DNA of 54,144 nt, filler included, from Sphacelaria rigidula (taxonomy: Eukaryota), in the NCBI GenBank assembly GCA_964200075.2. It is 5 parts of 5 records of this genome, joined end to end, with 100 filler letters (N's around TTAATTAATTAA, not from the genome) between each part and the next. Parts side by side here need not be neighbours in the genome. Positions count along the whole stretch, not along the records: positions 10,851 to 21,600 come from CAXNAA020005976.1; positions 21,701 to 32,449 come from CAXNAA020005977.1; 3 more parts are not named here. One strand, given 5' to 3'. The translations under genes and the position numbers were made by a program. Below the pieces are notes generated by a model, which was given only the letters and a program-made list of their open reading frames with translations, was not told the origin of the DNA and did no database searches. Numbering within the stretch: position 1 is the first letter of the stretch; every line of letters begins with the position of its first letter. Of the stretch, positions 12,139 through 21,789 are shown one piece after another.

Positions 12139-12406
12139 GAAGTCATCAGCAATGCCCCGCTCATGCGGCGTAGCCAGCTACGTGACGCTTGACACTGTGT
12201 CTCTCATCACATGAGCGGAGCCGCACTAGCGAATGCAGGGAGCCTACGGTGGCGTGGAGCACTGTACAACAAGCAGGAAAGTTGCAGTCTTCTTGCTGTA
12301 CTGTTGACGACTGCGGCTTTTCTACTTGTACAGTACTCCGCACCACCGCAGGGTCCCTGCATTGGCTGGTGCAGCTCCGCCTACTGTTAGCATTGCTGAT
12401 GACTTC
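12139..12406. other. Long foldback hairpin (core 12215-12380) inside a perfect 17-bp inverted repeat
   Basis: GAAGTCATCAGCAATGC / GCATTGCTGATGACTTC. The inner arms of ~75 nt are reverse-complementary, and the mismatches are mostly transitions. Confidence 0.8.
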
Positions 12407-12838
12407 TTACGGGTATATTGGCTGTGCACAACGGATGCGCACTCACTGTCTAGCCCCCCCTCGCACCTACTGCCTGCACGGTTCAGCTTATTTGTTCGAA
12501 ACGACGCACGTCCCAGCATGTCGGGTGTTTCCGAAACGATTTGGAGGCATGTGCTATGTCGATTTTGTCCTCCTTGGTATGCTTGTACACGCACAAGATG
12601 CCTTGCACATGCGCCAGGTTGTCTGGTGCGACCGTGAAGGCACGACAGTCTGAAAACATCATCCAGCCTTTTCATGATTTGCGACGTGGGATACCACTCT
12701 GGTCCGCTTTGAAGCTTGACGATTGTACATGTGCAGATATTCATATGGACTTGAAGATTATAGGTCCGAGATCGTCGAGGAGCTCCATATGATTAGGTGC
12801 TCGTCAGATTGCTGACTCCTTGACCCAAGTAGTTCACC

Positions 12839-13075
12839 ACGAGCAATGCCTCGCGTGCTCGCCCTCTTACCGTTTCCTCAACGAGAAACGACTCGAGTAC
12901 TCGCCCTATGAATTTTTCCACGACGAGCAATGACTCGAGTACTCGCCCTACTAAAGCTTCCACAACGAGCAATGACTCGAGAGCTCGCCCCATCAATGTC
13001 TCCACAACGAGCAATGACTCGAGTACTCACCCTATCCATTTTTCCACAACGAGTAGTGACTCGAGCCCTCGGGGA
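12839..13075. repeat. Second array of about 6 x 42 bp of the same unit
   Basis: Same unit and same downstream end module (GGACCTCCAAAAACGG..GTGCCAC..TCGTCCGA.GTGTG) as the first array. Confidence 0.95.
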
Positions 13076-14768
13076 CCTCCAAAAACGGTCAACGAGCAGC
13101 CCAACAAGCACGAGTGCCACAGGTCATACTCGTGCTCGTCCGATGTGTGGTTGCCTTACAGCTATACACATTTCTATCGAAACGTTATCGGCTGCCAGCC
13201 GTGTCCTCTGGTCGACTCGCAGAATCGTGTCCATCGAACAGATGCACCGGGTCAGACTAGGCAGCACTCTAGAGCTTCAGCCGCCACACTTTGATTCGTC
13301 AGCACAAGGAGTACGAAAGCGATGCGGACTTGAGAGGAGTGATTCTACTGCAGGGGTGCACATTTTAGTCCAATTGTTTCTGAGACTCCACACCAAGGCC
13401 CAGATCTTCATCATAACGAGGCTCCCAAGTGCCGAGCCTCACAGAACAATGTGCACCCCGAAGTAGATCAACTGAGGGAATGTAGGTAACATGACACGTA
13501 GCCAAGTCCCAAGAAGTGCAAAGGACACCGCCTGAAGGGCCGAAGATCACTGTAGATGGCGGAAAGAAGGTGTGCGGCGGGTCGTACCCGCCACGGGTGT
13601 AGGATCAGGAAGGTCCTTGCACGGCACGGTGAAGAAACCACGTTCGGCCCGCGCGGGGTAGTGGAGCTGGTTCATCAAGAATCTGCGGCGCGTGTGGGGA
13701 CGTGTGTGCGCAAAATGCGCCGCCGTCACACAGGGACAACACAAACTGCGTTGGGAGCGGGCTCTGTTTACTTCGCGTGGGGAGAAGGGATACACGAGAA
13801 ACATGAGGGGTAACGTGACCCAAACGTGACTTGTGGTGTAGGAACTTCTCGACGCGTTTTGTCTTTCCCGTGACGGTCCGCGCGGTGATGGGTTTTGGTT
13901 CTGTGGGTGTATCCAAATCAGTCATGGTAGCGTTAGTCGTCAAATGTACAATTGGTCCACAAGCGACACGCGTACGTTGCCCTGAACAACCCTCGCTCGC
14001 GGGTGAAAGATGTCTACTCGCCCTTCCCAGAACATGCGAACGTCGACCGCCTCGCGTCAACAGTGACTCGTCCTGTTATACAGTATCGCTATCTCTCTGT
14101 GATGAATCTTGATTACAGGCCGTTTGAGGTGTATCTGGAGCAAGCAGGTCCGGTGTCGATGAGAGGATTCCATCGAACGACAGCTATTGCGCGCATAGCG
14201 TTTCAGGTGAGCATATAAATCGAACTTGTTCCCGTGGGATACCTCTTAGGATGTCAGAACGGTCGTCACCATCGACATGCGGCGACGCAATTCTCCCCGA
14301 TGGGGAAAAGAGCTTCAAACCATATTGCCCTCTCCATCACGACCTACCCGAACAAGCTACCCCCTCTTGCTCTGGGCAATAGCGTCCATGCCGTGTATAT
14401 TTGGCACTCGTCGCTTTGATGTACTCTTGAGATGGTGTGTTTTGTGCATGGCCGTTCAGCGGGAGGTGATTGCGATGTGCGGGAGGACCGCGTGCCATCT
14501 AGACCACATCGGAATTTGGATATCCCAGGACCGACGTGTCGGGAGGATTGCGCGGACGTCGTCAATGCAGAGACCGCGCCCCGAGCAAACCTGGGGCGCG
14601 CACTTATCGGGCCAGGGGTAGCGAAGTCAGTAACTGCAGCGACACGACGACGACGCGGTGTGACTCGAAAGGGAGGAGAGCGAAAATTTCAAGCCAATAG
14701 AAATCAGGCACCCGTAGCTCGTGTGGGAGTCACTGTTCCATATGAATTGTGGTGGAAGTTGGTGCCAG

Positions 14769-14978
14769 TGTAATGCGTGAGAGGACCGCGTGCTCAGAGG
14801 ACCGCATCAGAATTTGAACATCGTCATGGTTAGGGTTAGGGTTAGGGTTGGTGTTGGGGTTAGGGTCAGGGACGTGGTACCTGCAGGGACTGGCCCGATT
14901 GGTTTTTAAAACGTCGATCCTGACGTGTTTTGAACTACGGCGCGGCCCTCCAAGCTCGCGGTCTTCTCACGCATTACA
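14769..14978. mobile_element. Short TGTAATGCG MITE with an internal (TTAGGG)n-like tract, nested in foldback element 1
   Basis: TIRs TGTAATGCGTGAGAGGACCGCG / CGCGGTCTTCTCACGCATTACA; flanks CCAG / TCAG. The interior reads GGTTAGGGTTAGGGTTAGGGTTGGTGTTGGGGTTAGGGTCAGGG. Confidence 0.9.
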
Positions 14979-15737
14979 TCAGTGTGTTTCGGGGAGGTAT
15001 CGACGCCTACCGCGTCATGTCCGCTATGAAAATTATTGCTCGGCACTTGAAGGTACCAGATGTTGAGACGACCCACCTCTTGGGTACTCACAGGAACGAG
15101 TTGCCGAAATGACTCTTCTGCTCCGTTCTTGCAGGTACTAGGTACCGAGACGACCCATCTCCTCGGTACTCGCGGGTACTGAAAGGTGGTTCGCAAGCGG
15201 TCCACTTTGTCATCAAAGGCAGCTTCAAGGTAAACACACATGTCAAGACCACGGACCTTGCATTCCTTCTCCGTGGAGATGGCATCGCAGTAACTTGACC
15301 TTGGCTTCAGTGCATAGCCTGAAGCCGCCTTGAATGATTAAGTGGAACACGCGAACAACATTTCAGAACCTGCAAATACCGAGCGAAGGGGTCGTCACTT
15401 GAGGGTACCTGGTACCTGAACGTACGGAGCAGAAGGGTCGTTTCGGCATCTGGCATCTGCGAGTACCGAGTAGATGGGTCGTCTCGGCATCTGGTACCCT
15501 CAAGTGCCGACCATCAGTTCGTCGATGCGGTCATGACGGCGTGATACGTGATACGCGAGTTACGGATGCTTGATTGTTTAGTTTCGAAATCCTCGCTCTC
15601 CTTCCTTTGTTCGAGGCACGCTACGTCGTCGTCGTATTGCTCCGATCACCTCGCCTGGATTCGTTACCTCTGGCTCGATAAACGCGCGGTCCAGGTCGCT
15701 CGGAGCGCGGTCCCTGCACTGACGAGGTCCGCGTGGT

Positions 15738-15948
15738 TGCAATGCGTGAGAGGACCGCGTGCTTAGAGGACCGCATCGGAATTCGAACATCTCTATGGTC
15801 ACGGTTAGGCTTAGTGTTAGTGTTGGGGTCAGGGTCAGGGGCGTGGTCCCCGCAGGGACTGGCCTGATTGGTTTTGAAAAACGTCGATCCTGGGGTATGT
15901 CGAACTATGATGCGGTCCCCTAAGCACGCGGTCCTCTCACGCATTACA
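15738..15948. mobile_element. Second copy of the TTAGGG-bearing MITE, nested in foldback element 1
   Basis: ~40-bp TIRs; aligns with 14769-14978. The TSD is degenerate (GTGGT / GCGAT). Confidence 0.9.
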
Positions 15949-17198
15949 GCGATCTCCCCGACACGTCGGTGCTGAGGTGTTCAAATTACGATGCGTTCCA
16001 AAAAGCACGCGGTCCTCCCACCCATTACAGTGATATTATGCCAGATGTATTCCTCGAGTCGGTGTGATCGGCCTGCCGTGCTGTCCAAGTATAGTGTTGA
16101 GCCTGCAACTGGATGGCAATACATTTGCCATGTTTGTAGCGCAGTGCTTTTGTTCCATTAATTCATTTTTTTGTCGAAGTGCAACGCTGGTCCATCACCT
16201 ACGCGCCCTTGTCGTTTTTCGTCAGCTGCTGCAGTTCATCGTGACGGCCGACGCCTTCCAGATGATGCACAAAGACATCAGCATGCGAAACCTTTTCGTG
16301 CGGAACGCCGACAACGCCCAGGAGGCAGAGCTTGGGGTGGGCGGATTTGGTGCTGCGCAGCGGGCAGAAGTTCATGTCAGTTGTGATCCCCGCTGCTGTC
16401 CTGCTGTGGTAGCTATTCCCTCGGAGGAATCCGATCTTTGCCATAAGAACATTTGATAACCCTGGACACACTCCTCGCTCAGGTTCGAATCAAGGGTCGG
16501 CTTGACATCCATCCAACGCTCTCGTGCTCGTTCAGCACCCCTATTCTCACCAAAGATGATATCAAACGTTGTTCAAACTACCATGAGTTTGTCTTGTGCT
16601 CGATCCAGGACGAAGGAGACGTCACCTACAGTGCCGGTGCCTACACTTGGGGGCACACCAGCCCTCGCCTGGTGAGTACCCCGGCAGCGACCCACCTACA
16701 GGCAGAAGCAGAGTGAGCCGAAGGCTATATAGTCTCATACTAAGCAACACTAGACCACGGTACTCATGCGAATTCATCGCTGTCGACATGAACCAGACCG
16801 GACAAGCATAGTATGGCGGCTAGCACCCGGCAAATTGAAAGCAAGTGGCATGTCTTTATATTTCCTAAGCGACCGCCTCCCCCGTCCCACGCGAACTTGT
16901 CGTCTGATTGATGTCAGATTGACTACGTGAACACGGAAATGGTTAGCAACGGCGCAGCACGCGAGAACGTCAGGCTTCACCGGCAAATAACCTTTTACAA
17001 CGACATGTTCGGTTGGGCTAGAGTGACCATCAAGGCGCTCACTCATCATGACCCTCCCGACATTTTGCGCGGCCCATGCCCCCTCGGTAAGAGTAAAGAC
17101 CTGAGAACGGTAGCTCTAGGGTCAAGAACGAGGAAAGAGGTGATGTCAAATGACACGCAAAAAAAACGTATTTTCCTAGCTGGGATAATGGAATGGGG

Positions 17199-18484
17199 TG
17201 TAATGCGTGTTCAGCCCGCGTGCCCTTCGGATCGCACATGAGTATGAACACCCCGGGACCGACGTGTCGGGAGGACCGCTCGGAGCAGATGAGAGCAGGG
17301 ACCGCGCCCTGATTATACCGGAGCCGCGCTGTTTATCGAGCCAGGGATAGCGAAGACAGGCGGCGTGACTGGACCGGCACGACGAAGAAGCAGTGTGCCT
17401 CGAGAAGGAGGACAGCCAGGATTTCCAAACCCTAAAATTCAGACACCAGTGTCTAGTCTAGGTGTCATTCTCGCAGGTGTATTGTGGCTGGTAGCAGCGT
17501 ATTTTAGGGAGGTGTTTGGCCGTTACCACGTCGTCATGACCGCATCGACGAACTGACGCTCGGTACTTACAGGTAGTAGATGGCGAGAAGACTCATTTGC
17601 TCGGTAGTCACGGGCACCAAATACGGGGGCGATCCATTTTTTCGGAGCTGAAAGATACTTAAGTGTGGTTTGCATGCGGTCCGCTTCATTATTCAAGGGA
17701 GCCTAAAGGTGAGCGCACAAGTAAAGACCGAGACACCGCGATGTCACCTTCACGGTGAAAAAAGCAAGGTTCGTGGTCTTGACTTGTGTTTTTACCTTGA
17801 ACTCGCCTGGAATGACAAAGTGGACCGCATGCAAACCACATTCCAGTACCTGTAAGTACCGAGGACATGGGTCATATCCATATCTAGTACATGTGAGTAC
17901 CGAGGAGATGGGTCGTCTTGGCATCTACTACCTGAAAGTGTCGGGTATCAGTTCGTTGGTGCGGTCATGCCCACGTGGCAACGGCCGATACCTCTGTAAT
18001 GCGTGAGAGAACCGCATGCTTAGTGAACCGCATCGGAGTTTAAACACCCCCATGGTTAGGGTTGGGGTCAGGGGTGTAGTCCCTGCAGGGACTGGCCCGA
18101 CTGGTTTTGGAAAACGTCTACCCTGAGGTGTTTTGAACTATGATGCGGTCCCCTAAGCACGCGGTCCCCCCACGCATTACACCTCCCTGAAATGCACTGC
18201 TACCAACCACAATACACATGCGAGACGGGTTACTGGTGCCTGAATGTTATGGTTTGGAAATCCTTGCTATCGTTTTTCCCGAGGCATACTGCGTCGTCGT
18301 CGTGTCGCTCCAGTCACGTCGCCTGTCTTCGCTATCCCTGACTCGATAAGCACCGCGGCTCCGGTGTGCTCGGTGCGCAGTCCCTCCTCTCATCCGATTC
18401 GAGCAGTCCTCCGGAAACGTCGGTTCCGAGGTGTTCAAACTTACATTGCGATCCTAAAGGCACGGAGTCCAAACACGCATCACA
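17199..18484. mobile_element. Foldback DNA element 2 (same family as element 1, opposite orientation) in a kinase intron
   Basis: Termini TGTAATGCGTGTT / AACACGCATCACA; 4-bp TSD GGGG. The arms are reverse-complementary to a centre near 17745-17760. Confidence 0.85.
17995..18181. mobile_element. Third copy of the TTAGGG-bearing MITE, nested in foldback element 2
   Basis: TGTAATGCGTG..CACGCATTACA with a perfect 4-bp TSD CCTC. It interrupts one arm of the host palindrome. Confidence 0.92.
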
Positions 18485-18491
18485 GGGGTGT

Positions 18492-18765
18492 GAGCAATGC
18501 TACGGTAGGGGTTGCACTTTTTCTTTCTAGGTCTCTTTTTTGTAGGAGCCTAAATATATGGGGCTCACGGTGCAACTCAAATTTCCGGGGACCGGACTCC
18601 CAGAAACATGGTGCTTGCACGCAGGGGCCCTTTCGTGAATCGGCATCATCTTCAGTCTTCTTGAAATAAAAATGATGCCAATTCTTGAATGATCCGTCCA
18701 ACACCCCGAGAAGCCCAAAGAAACGTTTTCGCTAAATAAGTGCAACCCTTACCGTAGCATTGCTC
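18492..18765. mobile_element. MITE (~275 bp) with GAG termini
   Basis: 28-bp TIRs GAGCAATGCTACGGTAGGGGTTGCACTT / AAGTGCAACCCTTACCGTAGCATTGCTC; 4-bp flanks GTGT / ATGT. Superfamily uncertain (Sola-like is an inference). Confidence 0.75.
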
Positions 18766-21600
18766 ATGTCGACACTTCTCGGGTCAGTAGATCTGTAAGG
18801 ATCTCTCCCCCCTCTTTCCATACGGGTAGATTTTCAAATAAATTGAACAAGTTTTCCCTCTGTAGGTAACTACGTACTCGACAATGACGCGGCATTCTCG
18901 GCATCATACGTTATTTTGTCAATTATTGAAGATACTACTGGGGCAAACATGCCTCACATTTTGCTCTTATGACTATAGCAGTTACGGCCGGTTGTGGTCA
19001 TGCTGGGGATTGCACTTGAACGGGTAACATTCTGCAACATGACACGTTTTGATAATTGCCGTGCCGCGTCACCTACTGTTTACGAGCTCATGGAGAGAGG
19101 TGCAACCGGCGGCTTTGGCTTGCCCTCGCCCTCCAAGACAGTAGCTGGTAGCGTTTAGGGTAATAGAACGTCTTTACAGAAACGCTTGCGAGTCCATGTG
19201 CAACGCAGTATCTCAAGCATGTCCCCGTCTCGTCACTGACAGCAACAACAGAGCTCTCAATTGTGAGAGGGATACGCCGCGTCTAGTTCTTCAAACCCCC
19301 GGCAACAATCGACGACGATAGAAGAATAGACAAGTAACGGAAGCAACGGACGCTCAGTCCCGTGTTTATATCTGTCCCCCACCGCCACGAATGGGAGTAA
19401 AGTGACGGGTATCCGTGGTCACTAGGGTAATTGCATAACGTGACACGTCAAATTCTCTCCACGGGAAGGAGTGTTCACGCATGCCCTCGAGGTGCGCAGG
19501 GACTAGACTGTTCAATCAGTAAGGTCAATCGTATAAAGACTAAGAGATGACCCCCAATCTAGAAAAATCTATCCGGATATGGTTCTGTTCTTCGGCGACA
19601 TGATGTTTGTGAAATCCTCAGGTATTTGACCAAGTACATGAAAGATCTTCCGTTTCTTTTCGTCCATTCCACTTAACGCGAAACCCCTGACCAATGTACG
19701 GGTGCGGCAGACTACTCAAGGGTGCCCCAAGTAGGGCATGGGCCAATGGTGGACGCCGTTCATCACCTGCTGCACCTGGCTCTCAGCGTGCACACGCCAG
19801 GGCACATCGAGGAACTTGTTGACGCAGACTATGTCACCGGTTTGCCCTGGTACAACGGCATGCCCGACATCCTCGACGGGAGTGATGTCTAATGGTTCTT
19901 ACTTGCGTGGGGAGCACCGTCCGGGAGTAGCAAATGCAACGATTCTGCAGGGACGAATGGGACCATCCGTTAAAGTCAGAAGAATAGAAGGGAGATAAGC
20001 ATGGCAACTGGAGTAAAGAGGGGACGAATACATTGAGGGATGTACCGAAAAGTCTATTCTTGCCGGTGTGTCCCGATGCTTTGACCGGTACAACTGATAA
20101 CAGTTAGAGCAGCAATTGCAGGTTTGAATTGCGACAGATGGGTCTTCGAGTTTTAAATACCGAGAAGTCTCTAAGTTTGGTCGTTGAAAACATGAGAAAG
20201 CCAGCAGCAAAGGAGGATTATTTCTCGGGAGTCCTCTTGACGTAGAAGTGCTGATAGTCATGATCCAATCAATCCACGATCCAACTTGCAAGGCGTGCAT
20301 CGGGGGAGACATGGGTTGATACCTTGGGACGGCGGGCTTCTCCCGAGGAGGGCGGGGCTTGTTTCCACGACGAAACCCAAAGTGACGCTGAGTCTTTAAG
20401 ATTGGTCAGTATTCATGTCAGCAGTCCGACTGCATGTTTAATCTATGGGAAAGCTACCTGGTACATATTTCCCTGAGTTATCTCCCGAGCCGATGTATTA
20501 GGCCCACGGACGAAACGATCGTATATTCCCCGGTAACACCCAAATAAATACTACTCCTCAGTGCGGGGAGGGGGGTGTCCACTGCAATGGGAGCTACAGA
20601 TGGGACTGTCCCATTCTACGAGAAATGCACCATCAACAGAAGAACCTCGGATTGGACGAACCCGGAGCTATGGCACATCAGTAAAGATTTCCGCCACGAT
20701 AGCCCCCCCCCCCCCCCCCCCAAACCAGCCCAAAAACTGTCAACAAGAAAATGGCCACACAGCGCATGACAGCAGGATAGCAAAAACAACAACAACAACG
20801 ACGACGACGACGACGACGACAACAGCCCAGGAGATATGTATTGAGAACGAGCCATGGTTCTTGTATTCGTCGCATTAACCCAAGATGTACCGCATTATGC
20901 TGCAGACTGGATTTCAAACACGAATGTGCAGCCTGTGGCATCTGCGCTTCCAACATCCCAGCCTGCCTGCGTTTCTAACATCACGTAGGTTCAATACCAA
21001 AATAGCACTTCAAAATAGCACTTCAGCTATGTATCGATCAAAGAAGATGCGCCATTTGTTCTGTCTGTACTTCCTCCATTGTCTCAGGCGAGAGTGATGG
21101 TTGATCGCAATCAAAGTTATAAGTTTTGAACGTTAACGTCATAATGTACTCCGTACATGCGGCTGTCGCAGCGCCCGGTGTGCACACTACTCCGGAGTAT
21201 GAGTCGAGTAGGGTACGGGTGAAAATTAGCGAGGTTGTGTTCTGCAGGGTACGGGTTCGCTCGGTGAGATATGGACTTCTCACAAAACTCACAGACATAT
21301 TGGGCATCGGCATGAAGGTCTTACAGAACTTACAGAACATGTCGGGTGCTGTATGGAGATTGGACAGAAACCTGTACCCACAACCGGTAATATCTACAAG
21401 GGTACACCCGTATCCCGGGTAAGGGCACATATTTCGCCCAGATCAAAACAGAATCGTCAGATACCGATATATAGGAGGCATGCAGAGCAGAGTTATGTTG
21501 TTGTTTACCCAGACTTTTTTTCAGACGAAATCCCCAACATTTTTTTTTCTTGGGGGGGGGTGTACTCATGATCATGCATGCCATAGTCGTAAGACCATTG

Positions 21601-21700
21601 NNNNNNNNNNNNNNNNNNNNNNNNNNNNNNNNNNNNNNNNNNNNTTAATTAATTAANNNNNNNNNNNNNNNNNNNNNNNNNNNNNNNNNNNNNNNNNNNN
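21601..21700. other. Artificial contig linker
   Basis: 44 N + TTAATTAATTAA + 44 N. Confidence 0.97.
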
Positions 21701-21754
21701 ACTCAACCATCAGAAGGTTACGAGGTCACCAACTGAGCCACCGGGGCGACCGGC
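21701..21754 (-). mobile_element. 5' head of a tRNA-derived SINE, truncated by the contig end
   Basis: The minus strand reads GCCGGTCGCCCCGGTGGCTCAGTTGGTGACCTCGTAACCTTCTGATGGTTGAGT, with a Pol III A-box (TGGCTCAGTTGG). No cloverleaf can be completed. Confidence 0.6.
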
Positions 21755-21789
21755 CAAGGTAACAGCTGTGGGGTTAGATAAGTCATGCT

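Larger units (their letters stand above)
11558..13149. mobile_element. Non-autonomous hAT-like composite element with two arrays of 42-bp palindromic repeats
   Basis: TIRs CACACGTCGGACGAG / CTCGTCCGATGTGTG. The 8-bp flanks GTTGTCTC / GTTGCCTT match at 6 of 8 (transitions). An additional internal right end lies at 12123-12136. Confidence 0.65.
14471..16029. mobile_element. Foldback DNA element 1 (whole-length imperfect palindrome, ~1.1 kb without inserts) in a kinase intron
   Basis: Termini TGCGATGTGCGGGAGGACCGCGTGC / GCACGCGGTCCTCCCACCCATTACA; 5-bp TSD GTGAT. The arms pair inward to a centre near 15270-15290. Confidence 0.8.
13556..19892 (+). pseudogene. Spliced, highly diverged and decayed protein kinase gene. 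Inferred exons: ~13556-13730, ~13964-14206, 16226-~16370, 16483-~16520, 16609-16671, 16918-17086, 19711-19892
   Basis: Subdomain-like segments occur in the correct order, with AG/GT boundaries and compatible phases at several junctions: RIRKVL..G..FG..GVVELV..CVRK; HANV; EVYLEQAG..IARIAFQ|LLQFIV..MMHKDISMRNLFV..ELGVGGFG; KGRLDIHP; YSAGAYTWG; RQITFYNDMFG; MVDAVHHLLHL..EELVDADYV..stop. DFG reads GFG and DxW reads YTW. The upstream frame (13380-13600) has stops and an apparent frameshift. Confidence 0.7.

Noticed and set aside
11618-13075. CRISPR array (regular palindromic repeats)
   Set aside because: The intervening parts are near-identical or alternate rather than being unique spacers. There are no cas genes, the context is eukaryotic, and the arrays lie within TIRs.
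11654-13294. Repetitive ORFs (NFSTTSNDSS.. / LESLLVVEK..) as real proteins
   Set aside because: These are a by-product of a 42-bp (14-codon) tandem repeat that is open on both strands inside a non-coding element.
14828-14870. True telomere or chromosome end
   Set aside because: There are only a few partly degenerate units, and they are internal to a TIR-bounded element present in three copies.
19903-20393. Minus-strand exon-like segments (20323-20393, 19903-19944) as upstream exons of the DUF1336 gene
   Set aside because: They lie on a different contig from the DUF1336 exons. The frame is ambiguous and no homology is recognisable, although the splice signals are plausible.
21701-21754. tRNA gene
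   Set aside because: An A-box is present but there is no consistent acceptor or anticodon stem, and the sequence is truncated. It is better explained as a SINE head.
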